Source of the DNA: Octopus sinensis | Lineage: Eukaryota | Reading direction: 5' to 3' | NCBI RefSeq assembly: GCF_006345805.1 | Contig: NC_043008.1 | Coordinates: forward strand, 58,156,001 to 58,220,000 | DNA: 64,000 nt | Shown: positions 25,655 through 41,914 of the stretch, in pieces | Position numbering within the stretch: position 1 is the stretch's first letter | Layout of the letters: each line of letters begins with the position of its first letter | Translations under genes and position numbers: made by a program | Notes under the pieces: generated by a model | Seen by the model: only the letters and a program-made list of their open reading frames with translations | Told to the model about the DNA's origin: nothing | The model's database searches: none

Positions 25655-26424
25655 TGTATGTATGTATGTATGTATGTATGTATGCATGTATGTATGTATG
25701 TATGTATGTATGTATGTATGTATGTATGTATGTATGTATGTATGTATGTATATGTATTACGTAGGCGTGTATGTATTATGAATGTGTCTATGTGTATATG
25801 CATGTACGTGTGTACTGTAAATCGGCACAAAATTTCCGGACAACCCAATGTTATCTTGAAGAAAATGGATGAAACCAACTTCCTCTACTTATCTCAAGCA
25901 AACGAATTTCTTGTTCGGAAAATCTGACACAACCAGACATATCTGTTGGCCGTAGTAACCTCAAGGAACTACTAGAAACTGATAATTATATGGTTCTGTT
26001 AAGTTCCTATGTCTAGAACAAAATATAATTCTTATTTTATACAATGATTACCCCATTCCTGGACATACGGCCTTTACCCGATCGCTCATTCTTTCTTTCT
26101 TTCTTCTTTCTTTCTTTCTGTGTGTTCAATAATGCTTTACAGCACTAGAGCTGCTTCAGATTCATAATTGAATTTATTCTTACGTATGCATCATCGAAGC
26201 ATACCAGAAAATGGTCTTTATACTATTTGCATGTAGTCATGTAGTCATGAACTAGCGATTCAGCTCGCTTCCAATTCGGGTCATGTATGGGATGTTGATA
26301 AGCAAAGAAAAAAAAACAAACTCTGGGATGGGATTTGGGTTGAGTTGTCTACCCTGGCTATGACTTCCAAGTCTTTTAACACCCAGCGCATTGAAGGAGT
26401 TATCTATCTTAATGCCTATATACG

Positions 26425-26653
26425 TATTTCTTTACTACCCACAAAGAGCTAAACACAGAGAAGACAAACAAGGACAGACAAATAGATTAAATCGATTATA
26501 TCGACCCCAGTGCCTAACTGGTACTTATTTAATCGACCCCGAAAGGATGAAAGGCAAAGTCGACCTCGGCGGAATTTGAACTCAGAATGTAGCGACAGAC
26601 GAAACACCTTTAAGCATTTCGCCCGGCGTGCTAACGTTTCTGCCTCGCTCACT
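26425..26653 (-). mobile_element. SINE family A monomer
   Basis: Full head and core. Confidence 0.9.
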
Positions 26654-26728
26654 TAACCATACTCACGCGAATACAAATAGGCGGGCAGACACAACCGACA
26701 TAAACTGATAACTCTTCCTATACATGTA

Positions 26729-27905
26729 CGAGGAGTGTTCATTAAACATTTCCCCTAACCCTTTATTCCCTTTATTGCAGAAACGGAACTTGTACAGTGA
26801 CAATCATACATATCTCTACATGTCACATTGTAAATAACAGATTTCCACTAGTATTCGGTTGTCTTTTACGGCTGCCGAAGTGGACTAAGGTGTTATAATG
26901 GAGGCAGTTGAATGCCAATCAGTGATCAGGTTCTTATACTTGAACGGCCGTACACCAAAATAGACTTTCGATGAGATAAAGGAAGTTTATGGTGACGATG
27001 GACCATCATACGACGTGGTCAAGCACTGGTATCGCCAGTTCAAATGTGGTCGGACATCGGTGGAAACTGCTCCTATTCCTGGACGAACACATTCAGCCAT
27101 TGTTGACGACACCATCCATAAAGTGGAAGCCGCCCTTTTGGAGGATCACCGCATATCTATTTGGCACTTAGCCCAAGAAGTGTAGGGTCCGTGGAAAAAA
27201 AATCATTCACGACCATTTGCACATGCGGAAGTTGTCTGCACGATGGATTCCTTGGATGCTCACACCTTTTAGAAGCAGGAACGAGTCAATTGCTCCCAGG
27301 CTCATTTGGCAATGTGCCAAGTAAACGAGGACGACTTTTTCGGCAGACTTATCATAACATGAAACGTGGGTCCATCACTATGATCCTGAGACTAAAGTCC
27401 AGTTGAAGCAATGGAAGCATGAAAGCCCACCATCTCCAAAGAATGCTCGTGTCTAACCCACAGCAGGCAAGGTGATGCTCACAATCTTTTGGGAGCAGCG
27501 CGGATTAGTGATGCAGGATTTTCTGGCAAAGGGTACAAATATTATATTTCTCTGCTGCAGAAATTGCGGGACGCCATCGAAGCAGAGAGGTGTGGCATAC
27601 TGACCAAAAAATTCCGCCTCCTCCAAGACAACGCCCCAGTTCACAATGCGCATGTTGCACAGATGAACGCACACTCCTGCGGTTATGAAATCCTTCTTCC
27701 TCCTCCTTACTCCCCTGACCTCGTACCATCTTACTTCCACCTCTTTCCAACCATGAATTCTTTTTTGAAGGGGAATCACTTTTCGGACGATGACGAACTT
27801 ATTTCCGAAGTAATGTCTTGGCTCCAGACGTATCCCATCGATTTCTACAGACGTAGCCTTCACAAACGCAAAAAGCGATGGGAGAAGTGTGTCACCATTG
27901 GTGGT
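26729..27905 (+). mobile_element. Near-full-length mariner (DD34D) with decayed transposase; right TIR replaced by a SINE B fragment
   Basis: TA followed by CGAGGAGTGTTCATTAAAC. ATG at 26898; MEAVECQSVIRFL..ARWIP..ETWVHHYDPETK..QDNAPVH..PYSPDLVPSYFHLF..RWEKCV. Stops and frameshifts; third D changed to Y. Confidence 0.93.
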
Positions 27906-28095
27906 GGTTTTGGTCGGCCTCGCTTGACAACCGATGCTGGTGTGTTTAAGTCCCCGTAACTTAGCAGTTCAGCAAAAGTGACCGATAGAATAAGTACTAG
28001 GTTTACAAAGAATAAGTCCTGGGGTCGATTTGCTCGACTAAAGGCGGTGCTCCAGCATGGCCACAGTCAAATGACTGAAACAAGTAAAAGAGTAT
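27906..28095 (+). mobile_element. SINE family B, 3' half
   Basis: GCTTGACAACCGATGCTGG..GAAACAAGTAAAAGAGTA. Confidence 0.88.
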
Positions 28096-28439
28096 ATATA
28101 TATATATGTGTGTGTGTGTGTATATATGTGTGTGTGTGTATATGTGCGTGTGCATTACATATACTAGCATCTCCCGCATTATAGAGGTGTAGGTTATTAT
28201 TTTACCTGGAAATCTTTAATGTTGAAGTGCAAACTGTCTGACAATGGTTCAATGGAGATGAAAATTAATGAGAAACTATATCGCATTACGGAATTTCACG
28301 TTATGTTAACGTTTTACGCTACGCAATCGAAGTCTGTATGTATACGCACACACTACACACACCACACACACACACAACACACAAACACGCACAAATTATC
28401 ATACGTGTATATCTGTATGTTTGTTGTGTTTGTCTCGAT

Positions 28440-30220
<1,781 letters not shown>

Positions 30221-30699
30221 ATAAATTTGTATATAAGTATATATATATATGCAGCTAAAATATGATTTTGAGTACTTACATGTTTGTCCGTGAATCCATT
30301 TACAATCTCTGTATTACACACACGGCAAACACCCACAAAATACACGCACACATCATACATATTTTACAATGGAGTTTTGTTTTCATAAAATAACATTTCA
30401 TCGAAATTGAAATTGGGTTTGTGTAACTTTATAATGAATATTCTCTCACACTGTTGTGCGGTGTTATTAATCAGTTGCAGATCCGTTAATCGTCGGACCA
30501 AATTTTTTATGGTGCTTTTTTTCCCCCCCTTTTTCGACTTTTCATGTTCTGAGTTCAAATTCTCTGCAGGTTAACTTTACCTTTCCTTCCTCTCAGTAGG
30601 ATAAAATAAAATACCAGTCTTGTGTTGAGATGAATGGTTTTAGTCTTACCTTCCAATTTGAATTGTTGGCATTTTGTCTAAATTAGGAACAGAGAGAGA

Positions 30700-31008
30700 T
30701 CCCCTTCGGTCATGACTGACCATGGGATTGCACCTAGAAAGTTACCCTCCCAGGCACAAGTCCGGGCAAGGTTGTTTATGGAAGACCAGCGGTCGCCCAA
30801 GCATACCAGCCTCCCCTCTCCACGATACCAGTGTTATCCAAGGGAAAAGGCAACGGCCGATACAGCATGGCACCTGTGACGTCGTAACTCATTTCTACAG
30901 CTGAGCTAACTGGAGCAACGTGAAATAAAGTGTCTTGCTCAAGAACACAACACGCAACCCGGTCCGGGATTCGAACTCACAACCTCAAGATCGTAAGCTC
31001 GACGCTCC
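30700..31008 (-). mobile_element. SINE family C
   Basis: B box GAGTTCGAATCCC. Tail ..GGTGCAATCCCATGGTCAGTCATGACCGAAGGGGAT. Confidence 0.88.
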
Positions 31009-31557
31009 ACAAATTAGAAACAACTAATTAGAATTTACAACATTAGACGATAATGGTTAAGCAGTAGAAGCACCCGTGCAAGATTCTGTTTTAATTTCTT
31101 CCGGTTTATGGAGCCGCTAAGATATTTTTAGAACTAAAGACGTAAAATTTATTCTGATGCCGACTTTCGGACATTAGTTTATATATCTTGTGTTATTGCT
31201 TATTTAAAAATTTTTCTTCATTAATCTATGACAGCAGTGCCACTGCGTAGCCTTGACCCTGATGGGTTCAGCAAACTAAAGAACAGAAATTACAGAAAGA
31301 TCCTCCGCTAGAGTATGCATTGCTACAAGTTTAAATGACTTTGGTTACATTAACCCGAAAAGGAGATGGCGTAGTTCAATGTGGTAACTATTTGCGATAA
31401 TGGTGCCGATGATGAAAAGAAAAACTCTGGGCACCTTAAGTTTCCAAGAGTTAAAATAACAGATGTATATTGTTCCCGATGGGAAAATGTTTTGAGATTA
31501 AATTCAGAAAGGTTTTAATTATATGAAAGTTGACAGCAATATAAAGAAAACCATAAT

Positions 31558-32090
31558 GTAGCGAGCTGGCAGAATCGTTAGCACGCCGGGCGAAATGCGT
31601 GGCTGTATTTCGTCTGCCGTTACGTTCTGAGTTCAATTCCGCCGAGATCGACTTTGCCTTTCAATCCTTTCGGGTTCGATAAATTAAGTACCAGTTACGC
31701 ACTGGGGTCGATATATCGACTTAATCCTCCGTTTGTCGGTCCTTGTTTGTCCCTTTGTGTTAGCCCCTTGTGGTATTGTAAAAAATATGTATTTCGTCCT
31801 CCGTTACGTTCTGATTTTTAAATTCCCGCCGCCGAGATCGACTTTGCCTTTCATCCTTTCGGGTCGATAAATTAAGTACCAGTTACGCACTGGGGTCGAT
31901 ATAATCGACTTAATCCGTTTGTCTGTCCTTGATTGTCCTCTCTGTGTTTAGCCTCTTGTGGGTAGTAAAGAAATAGGTATTTCGTCCGTCTTTGTGCTTT
32001 GAGTTCAATTTCCATCGACTTAGCCTTTCATCTTTTCGGGGTTGACAAAATAAGTACTAGTTGAGCACTGAGGTCGATGTAATCGATTTT
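31558..32090 (+). mobile_element. SINE family A trimer
   Basis: Two J1 junctions (~31780, 31976) and an old-type terminal unit. Confidence 0.87.
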
Positions 32091-32887
32091 CTCCTTCGAT
32101 TGTTATTGCCACTGTTTAATCACTGGGCTCTCTGATGAAGAAAGTCTATCATCAATCTCCTCTGTAAGTAACGGGTTAAGTAACGGAAAAAATACTTAAA
32201 AAAACACACACATTTCACTCATCATCACCTCTCTCTTCAACTAATAACGTGAAAGCGTTACGGACGGGCTAAGTAACGGAGAAACAAGCAGAATTATTAT
32301 AAAATACATTATTCATAGAGAAATACGATGAATATTGAGAGTAATTTCGCTGCTCTTTCTAGCTGGCTGCGCGTCCACGTAGATAAATCCTTGTTTTGTT
32401 TTGCTTTTTAAAATCACTTATATTGTAATGTCATGTAAGGGATTTTATATAACCGATTTCTGTGGCATTACGATACAAAAAAAAACAATAATGCTCACTT
32501 CGGAACTGTTATCGACCAAAAAAATATTTCCTGGAGTTTCTATGCAAAATAAAAAGCGAAACTGACAGAATATGCTGCGCTATTTCGTTTTCAATGGCTA
32601 TTCAGAATAGTTGTTTTATGTAGATCTCGGTGAGTGCTAGGTCAGCCGCTAAAAGCTTATTTCGGTATTCTGCATGAGGCCTGCAATCGTTAGATATAAA
32701 CTCGTACAGTTGTGCGAACTTGCTGGGTTTGATAGACAACCAGAAATCTAAAGATTCCATTAAGCCATTATCTATTATGTGCTTTTATATTTTTTTTAAA
32801 TATCCAAAGTGAGGCGAAACGAAAAAAAAGAAGAAGGAAGTTATTAACGTGTAGTGTGTATGTGTGTGTGTGTGTTTGAGTGTTTGA

Positions 32888-32938
<51 letters not shown>

Positions 32939-33172
32939 TGTGTGTGGTGTGTGTGTGTGTGTGTGTTTGAGTGTGTGTGTGTGTTTGTGTGTGTGTGTTT
33001 GTGTGTGTGTGTTGTGTGTGTGTGTGTGTGTGTGTGTTTCACTGCGTGTATTTTATCCGAGCAAAAAAAAAAATCGTATTGTTAAGATAGACATGTACTA
33101 TTCTTTTTATGCCGAGATATAATGTTGGGATGTAATAAAGTCTGTTTCTTTTCTGATTATCGTTTTCCCTTA

Positions 33173-33241
<69 letters not shown>

Positions 33242-33689
33242 AACAGTAACTTTGACAAAATATTTTCTCGGACTGAACTGCCATGTGTGTGTATTGATTA
33301 TATCATGGTTTCCTTTTTTTTTAAATCAAAAGACCCCGATTCTTTTGGATCCTGCAAATAATTATATATATATATGTGTGTGTGTGTGTGCATGTGTGTG
33401 TGTATGTGATTGTGTGCGTGTATATGTGAGTGTGTGTATATGTGTGTGTGTATGTGTGTGTGTATGTGTATTCATGAGAATACTACGTATACATACAAAT
33501 ACAAATACAATTACAATACTTTTGTACTGATACTCTGCCTGTTCGTTATCACCAATATATATATATATAGATATATATATATATGCATGTATAGTTTATA
33601 TATATATATTTATATATATGTCGTCTTCTAAATGTTTTGCGTTCTTGTCTCAGTTTGTATTTTTTTATATACATATATATATATTAATT

Positions 33690-34045
33690 TATTTTTTACT
33701 GTCTTCAGTCATTTGACTGCGGCCGTGCTGGAGTACTGCCTTGAAGGGTTTTAGTCGAACAAATCGACCCCAGGATTTATTCTTTGTAAACCTAGCACTT
33801 AATCTATAGGTTTCTTTTGTCGAACCGCTAGATTACGGGGACGTAAACACACCAACACCGGTTGTTCAATGATGGTGGAGGGGACAAACACAGACACGGA
33901 TCCCACACATACGACGGACTTCTTTCAGTTTCCGTCTACCAAATCCACTCACAAGGCTTTGGTCGGCCCGAGACTTTAGTAGAAGACATTTGCCCAAGGT
34001 ACCACTCATTGGGAAGCAAGCTTCTTAGCAGACAGCCACGCCTGT
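33690..34045 (-). mobile_element. SINE family B, partly deleted
   Basis: Reverse-complement match. Confidence 0.85.
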
Positions 34046-34071
34046 ATGTAGTGTTTAATAGTAGCTGTTTC

Positions 34072-34937
34072 AAGGCGGTGTCCTGCCAGACACGTTAGCA
34101 CGCCGGGCGAAATGCTTAGCGGTATTTCATCTGCCGTTACGTTGTGAGTTCAAATTCCGCCGAGGTCGACTTTGCCTTTCATCCTTTCGGGGTCGATAAA
34201 TTAAGTACCAGTTACGCACTGGGGTCGATATAATCGACTTAATCCGTTTGTCTGTCCGTGTTTGTCCTCTCTGTGTTTAGCCCCTTGTGGGTAGTAAAGA
34301 AATAGAAATAGGTATTTCGTCTGTCTTTAAGTTCTGAGTTCAAATTCTGCCGAAGTCGACTTTGCCTTTCATCTTTTTGGGGAGCGATAAATTAAACACC
34401 AGTTGCGTACTGGGATCAATCTAATTGACAAGCCCCCTCCCCCAAAATTTCGGGCCTTGTGTCTAGAGTAGAAATGGATATTAGCTGTTTCGAAGGCGGT
34501 AAGCTGGCAGAAACGTTAGCACGCCAAGCGAAATGCTTAGTGGTATTTCGTCTGCCGTTACGTTCTGAGTTCAAATTCCGCCGAGGTCGACTTTGCCTTT
34601 CATCCTTTCGGGGTCAATAAATTAAGTACCAGTTACGCACTGGGGTCGATGTAATCGACTTAATACCTTTGTCTGTCCTTATTTGTCCCCTCTATGTTTA
34701 GCCCCTTGTGGGCAATAAAGAAATAAGAAACATTAGCTGGCAGAAACGGATGAAATGCGTAGCGGTATTTCGTCTGTCTTTATGTTCTGAATTCAAATTC
34801 CACCGAGGCTGACTTTGCCTTTCATCCTTTCGAGGTCGATAAATTAAGTATCAGTTGCGTACTGGGATCGGTCTTATCGACTGGCTCCTCCCTAAAAATT
34901 ACGGGCCTTGCGCCTAAAGTAGAAAAGAGAAGAATAT
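34072..34937 (+). mobile_element. Two consecutive family A dimers separated by a TSD-like word
   Basis: (T)AGCTGTTTC(G) at 34062, 34482 and 34938. Confidence 0.88.
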
Positions 34938-34975
34938 TGGCTGTTTCGAGTTTATACGCTCATCAGATGTAGTCC
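34938..34975 (-). ncRNA. Degenerate hammerhead core truncated by SINE insertion
   Basis: Minus strand CTGATGA-GCGT(ATAA)ACTC-GAAA-CAGC. One mismatch in stem II; no 3' strand of stem I. Confidence 0.45.
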
Positions 34976-35735
34976 TCAATAAAACGAGGCACTGAGAAGA
35001 AGAAAAACAAGGATACAAACTTTTTCCTTTATTACTCAGCGGTAATAGGCGATTTATTTCCACGTTATTGTGCCGGCATAAGCACAGTTGACAATGGAAA
35101 TATCCCAGATACATTATAACTGCTAATAAGTCTTGTGTGCTTTAGCTTCCAATTTTTACATTTCAATTTTCATAATCACTCGAAGAATGACAGCGAGGAG
35201 TTGGGAATTAAGATTTGAGAAGATTCAACTTCCAACACATCCATCCATCCATCCATCCATACGCATATATACACACACAAGCACACACACACATACATAT
35301 GACCTGCTGGAACACGAACATACGTACATACATGTATACATGCATACACACAGACGCATACAAACACACACGTATCTGTATGTATGTGTGTATATACATG
35401 TATGTATATGTATATATACGTATGCATGTATGTACGTATATATGTATTATATATAAATATATATATACGTATATATATGTATATGTATGTATATATATAT
35501 ATATATGTATATATATATGTATATACATACATACACACACATATACACACATACATATGACCCGATGGAACATGAACATACGCACATACATGTATACATG
35601 CACACACACACAGTCACACACACATATATGTATGTATGTGTGGATATATTTATGTATATAAATGTCTATATATGTATATACGTATGTATGTACGCATATA
35701 TGTGTATATATAAATATAAATATATATATATATAC

Positions 35736-35839
<104 letters not shown>

Positions 35840-36213
35840 ATATATATTTATATGTATATATTATGTCTATACACATAGATGTAGTATATACATGTTCACG
35901 CGTTTTTTCATTTATGATTACGTTTTCTAACTTTATGTCAGAGATTGGCAAATTTGATAAATAAAGCAGAGTATATATCGTCTTCATTTAGATAACATCT
36001 CATGTATATTTCTATTAACTGGAAGAGATTTTATTGTTTCTGTCTTCGTTTATTTCTCCTTTTATGAACGAATATGATTCTGATGTCAACGATAAGATTC
36101 AAGAAAAATATTCATTATTACCCCCCCCCCCCACACACACATACACATACACATACACAAGGCGGATCATAAACTCTTTTCCTTCATTTTCTTCTTCTTT
36201 TTCATCTTCTAGA

Positions 36214-36274
<61 letters not shown>

Positions 36275-36276
<2 letters not shown>

Positions 36277-36460
36277 GGTGGCGAGCTGGCAGAATTGGTA
36301 GCACGCTGGCCAAAATGCTTAGTGGCATTTCATCCTTCCTGAGTTCAAATTTGCCTTTCATCCTTTCGGGGTCGATTAAATAAGTACCAGTTACGCACTG
36401 AGGTCGATGTAATCGACTACCCCCCACCAAATTTCAGGCCTTGTGCCTATAGTAGAAAAG
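36275..36460 (+). mobile_element. SINE family A, old tail type, after (TAT)n
   Basis: Head AAGGTGGCGAGCTGGCAG with an internal deletion. Confidence 0.82.
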
Positions 36461-36481
36461 ATTCTTCTTCTTCTTCTTCTA

Positions 36482-36521
<40 letters not shown>

Positions 36522-36857
36522 GTATGTATATATATATATGTATGTATCTAGGTGTGTGTGTGTGTCTTTGTGTCTGTGGTTGCCCCCCCCCATCACTGCT
36601 TGACAACCGGCGTCGTTATGTTTACTCCCGTGTAACTAAGCGATTCGGCAAAGGAGACGGATAGAATAAGTACTAGGCTATAAAAAAAAGCCCTTAGGCT
36701 AATTTGATCGACTAAAACCCTTTAAGGCCGTGCTCCAGCACAGCCGCAGTCATATGACTGAAACAAGTAAAGGAGTAAAAGAGTAGGTATGTCTGTCTGT
36801 CGTCCTCTGAGTATATATATATATTATATATATATATATATATATGCTGAGAGAGCT

Positions 36858-37165
36858 AAGACCCCCTTCGGTCATGACCGACCATTGGATTGCACCTAGA
36901 AAGTTACCCTCCCAGCTACAATTCCGGGCAAGGTTGTTTATGGAAGACCAGCAGTCGCCCATGTATACCAGACCCTCTTCTGCACGCCACCAGTGTTATC
37001 CAAGGGAAAGGCAAAGGCTGATACAGCTCGGCAAGTCATTTCTACAGCTGAGTGAAGTGGAGCAACGTGAAATAAAGTGTCTTGCTCAAGATCACAACAC
37101 GCAGCCCGTTCAGGGATTCGCACTCACAACCTCACGATTGTAAGCTCGACGCTCTAACCACTTTT
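36858..37165 (-). mobile_element. SINE family C
   Basis: Matches 30700-31008 and 42533-42832. Confidence 0.85.
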
Positions 37166-37359
37166 GGTATTGGCCATCTTGTTCATGAAACAGCAACTTC
37201 GTCTAAATTATAGTGGAAAATGTATAACCATGATGTTGGAATAGAGAGAGGTTTCGATGGCCAAATTTTCAAAATATGGAAATATGTGACTTTAGTCAGT
37301 GTTCAAACTCCAGTATTGCATCGCATCATTCATCATCAGTGACACTCTTTATACAAACC

Positions 37360-37590
37360 TATTTCTTTACTACCCACAAGGGGCTAAACACAGAGGAGAC
37401 AAACAAGGACAGACATATGGATTAAGTCGCTTATATCGACCCCAGTGCATAACTGGTACTTAATTTATCGAACCCGAAAGGATGAAAGGCAAAGTCGACC
37501 TCGGCGGAATTTGAACTCAGAACGTAACAGCAGACGAAATACCGCTAAGTATTTCACCCAGCGTGCTAACGTTTCTGTCAGCTCGATGCC
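37360..37590 (-). mobile_element. SINE family A monomer with 11-bp TSD
   Basis: TTATACAAACC at 37349-37359 and 37591-37601. Confidence 0.92.
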
Positions 37591-39036
37591 TTATACAAAC
37601 CATTTACATCTGTGACATGTGAACTAGTGGTTCCAGTCGTAACAACAATTAATTTTATTTGAATACATGCACTCATGTATCACTAATTCCGGATATTTTG
37701 GTTGAGAAACGGAAGAGATTTGCCGAACTACAATTTTCTAAGACGGTTTAATTGCATTAAAGTCGTCTCAAGATTTTTTAGTTTCGGCGGGAAACTCATA
37801 TTTTAAAATGAGACAAATTTTTACTAACAAGGAATGGTAGGGGAAATTCAATTATCTCAGGTGATTAATGAATCATCTTAACGAGTTCGATCTGGTGTTC
37901 AGGTCTTATTTGTGAGATTTACTCTGCAGTGACAGCTGTCCGACGAAAATTAACCGGTTTTCGCTTCCGAATAAGAATAAATAACTTCTATCAAATTCCT
38001 AGCCATAAAAAATATAACTAAAAAACGAGTTCTGCATCTCCCTTCGAATTCATTCACGAAATTCTCATTCATTTGAAAGCACAGTTTCAACAGCATTCAA
38101 CGAAAGCAGGTGAGAGCAATAAAAATCTTTTCTTAATCTGTTTGACTGCATTATCGAAAATCTCCCGTCAGATTTCTCTCAGGAAGCTTTTGATCAGCAG
38201 CCTAATGAGCGTTTAAAAGCCGAGTACAAAATGCGAAATTTGATTGATGAAATAACAGCTGACAGAAAAATATTGCACAAGTAACAGCCGATAGGAAAAC
38301 AAACAAGTAATAACAAAAAAAAAAAAGACAAAAAATCATTGATCAAAATAACAATAAATAGAAGTAACGTAAGAAAACAAGACAAAACTAATTGACAGAA
38401 TAACAGTCGAGCGAAAAAGCAAATATTTGAAACAACAGTCGATTAGAAAAAACATTTAAAGTAGAAGTTGATCGAATTGTAATTGGCCGAATAACAACTG
38501 GTCGAATATACAATTTTTCGAAACAACATCTTTAAATCCTTAAATCCTTAAAAATGTTTTAGCTCGAAAGCTGCAGCCATGCTGGGGCACCAACGTTGAA
38601 TGAGCTACACTAGTATGTGAAACCACATCTGATACGTGGCACTTGGTCAACAAGGGAGTTCGACGCCGCTGCCCGCATCTGTGTTTCCTGCCGAGAGGTA
38701 GGTTCATCAACAATTGAACAAAAATAACTGTTGGAAAAATATATTTAATCGAAGTAACACTTGATAGATAAAACAATTCAACGCAGTAACACTTTTGTGA
38801 TCCAATGTCTTAGCTACGTTTTGCCCCTGAGCAAGGCACTTTATTTCACGCTGACGAAAGTAAGCAGCAGTCAAGTGCTGGCAGAACTCTCTCACTCGCC
38901 AAAAGTCGTGTCCTCAAAACTCTGCTCGCTCAAGTGTTGGACTGCCAAGAGGATGTATATATCTGCTCGGGACCACATCGATAATTAAAATATATTAACC
39001 AAGACGCTGCAATGTCTGTCTGTCTGTCTGTCTATC

Positions 39037-39275
39037 TTATATCTTTACTGCCCACAAGGGGCGGCTAAACACAGGGAGGGGACAAACAAGGACAGACAAA
39101 CGGATTAAGTCGATTACATCGATCCCAATGCGCAACTGGTACTTAATTTATCGACTCCGAAAGGATGAAAGGCAAAGTCGACCTCGGCGGAATTTGAACT
39201 CAGAACGTAACGGCAGACGAAATATGGCTACGCATTTGGCCCGGCGTGCTAATGTTTCTGCCAGGTAGCCGCCTT
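39037..39275 (-). mobile_element. SINE family A monomer
   Basis: Full head and core. Confidence 0.9.
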
Positions 39276-39276
39276 A

Positions 39277-39327
<51 letters not shown>

Positions 39328-39779
39328 CTCTCTCTGTCTGTCTGTCTGTCTGTATGTATCAGAAGATATTTGTCGCCATATCATAACGGTTTTGGGATTA
39401 TTTCGCCTGAAGGTAGTTTTACTCGAACAACAGAAAGATCTTTATTTCCATCTAAATGGATTTTATCAAGTTCGGTGCTGTTAGTACACATAATTTTGTT
39501 TTTGTTTTTGTTGTAGTTGTTTATATATTAATCAATACTGAGATTGTACCCTCTGTTAGTATAGATTCGGCAATTAGAGATCGTGAGAAAATTATATAAC
39601 ACACCAAAGAGCATGTATTTTCATTAATTTTACATCAGAAGAAAAGTTGTTTTAGTTTGCTTCAGAGTAATTTTTCAGGTTAAACCCCCCAGAGAGAACA
39701 TCTGAGTTGAATTCACTCAACGGTTCGTGTCATCTTATGGTGAACATCCTAAAATACAAACGTATAGTGAGTGAGTAAC

Positions 39780-39810
39780 TAGGCAAGAAAGATAGATAGA
39801 GAGAGGATGC

Positions 39811-39852
<42 letters not shown>

Positions 39853-40049
39853 TGAGAAAGAGATATATTGATAGTGAATAGGAGAGACTGAGTATATACA
39901 AGAGAATTGAGATAAAGAGATAAAGGGAGAGATAGAGATAGAAGAGAGAGAGAGAGAGAGAGAGAGTGAGAAAGAGATATATTGATAGTGAATAGGAGAG
40001 ACTGAAGTATATACAAGAGAAATTGAGATAAAGAGATAAAGGGAGAGAT

Positions 40050-40081
<32 letters not shown>

Positions 40082-40167
40082 TGAGAAAGAGATATATTGA
40101 TAGTGAATAGGAGAGACTGAAGTATATACAAGAGAAATTGAGATAAAGAGATAAAGGGAGAGATAGA

Positions 40168-40204
<37 letters not shown>

Positions 40205-40613
40205 GAAAGAGATATATTGATAGTGAATATGGAGAGACTGAAGTATATACAGAGAAATTGAGATAAAGAGATAAGGGAGAGATAGAGATAGAGAGAGAGA
40301 GAGAGGAGAGAGAGTGAGAAAGAGATATATTGATAGTGAATAGGAGAGACTGAAGTATACAAGAGAAATTGAGATAAAGAGATAGGGAGAGATAGAGATA
40401 GAGAGAGAGAGAGAGAGAGAGTGAGAAAGAGTATATTGATAGTGAATAGGAAGACTGAAGTATATACAAGAGAAATTGAGATAAAGAGATAAAGGGAGAG
40501 ATAGAGATAGAAGAGAGAGAGAGAGAAGAGGTGAGAAAGAGATATATTGATAGTGAATGGAGAGACTGAAGTATATACAAGAGAAATTGAGATAAAGAGA
40601 TAAAGGGAGAGAT

Positions 40614-40658
<45 letters not shown>

Positions 40659-40738
40659 GAAAGAGATATATTGATAGTGAATAGGAGAGACTGAAGTATA
40701 TACAAGAGAAATTGAGATAAAGAGATAAAGGGAGAGAT

Positions 40739-40789
<51 letters not shown>

Positions 40790-40790
40790 A
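39780..40790. repeat. ~115-125-bp minisatellite x8 with a variable (GA)n spacer
   Basis: GTGAGAAAGAGATATATTGATAGTGAATAGGAGAGACTGAAGTATATACAAGAGAAATTGAG recurs near 39851, 39966, 40081, 40201, 40313, 40420, 40531 and 40655. Confidence 0.95.
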
Positions 40791-41045
40791 TACTAGTAGC
40801 ATACATATGCACATAAACAGATACCTTGACACAATATGTGCATAGCAACCATATCCACACGCATATACACACACACTCACAGACACATTTATATTCACGC
40901 ACAAAAAACGCGTGCACATGTATATATACATCCATAAGTTACTACATACATATATACACACATGCATATATATATGCATATATATGTGAATATATTATAC
41001 GTGCATATATTTGTATGAATGAAGATATATAGATCCCTTTCTCTG

Positions 41046-41076
<31 letters not shown>

Positions 41077-41333
41077 ATGTGTGTGTGTGTGTGTGTGCGT
41101 GCGTGTGTGTGTGTGTATGTATGTATATATGTATATGTATATATGTATATATATATGTATATACATATATATGTATATATATAGGTATAAATATGTATAT
41201 ATATATGTATGAATAGACATATATATATATATGTATATATACAATTAAATTATCTATCTATCTATCTACATACTTCTTTCTCTCTCTCCTCTCTCTCTTC
41301 TTCTCTCCATAAACACACATATACACACATATA

Positions 41334-41387
<54 letters not shown>

Positions 41388-41914
41388 TCTGTTTCTCTGT
41401 CTATCTATGGAGTAGGGGAAGAACGGACTATTGGCGTGTAAAACGTTGCTGTTACACGTTCCTCCATTAATACTCGTATCTTATATCTTCCGCCATATTT
41501 TAACATAACATTTCTTTTATTTTCTTTGCCAGAAAATGAATTGCTATGATAAAATGCTTCAAACAACGGACAGGTATTTGGCATAAAAGTTTCTTTGAAG
41601 TCAAAAAAATCCTGGTATCATAATCAATTGATTAAGACCTTTAACGTAGTGAAACGTGATCGGAAATACAAGTCCATCTAAGTCGTTCCCTGTTTGCCAC
41701 ATCAATCAGTTTTCTATAATGTGACATGTTTGTTTTATGTGTTTGTTAGTTGTTTAAAATTGCTTTGTTCTTGGTTACGCTGTTACTATTTTTGCTTTTG
41801 TTTTTTGGGACTTTCATTTCGTATTTTAGGATCAACCAGTAAGATTAATAACAGCGCTTAAGCAACAGGATCTGTAGGACAAGCAGTAGGAGCAGCAGTA
41901 GCAGCAATGACGAT

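Noticed and set aside
25818-25848. Solo mariner TIR matching 14470-14498
   Set aside because: No partner TIR or internal sequence nearby; the TIRs at 13934 and 14498 already pair with each other.
31690-31830. Locally hypermutated SINE segment
   Set aside because: An indel-rich patch between accurate segments is more likely a sequencing-consensus error.
39730-40979. 300-414 aa ORFs
   Set aside because: Translations of the (CT)n-rich minisatellite; low complexity in all frames.
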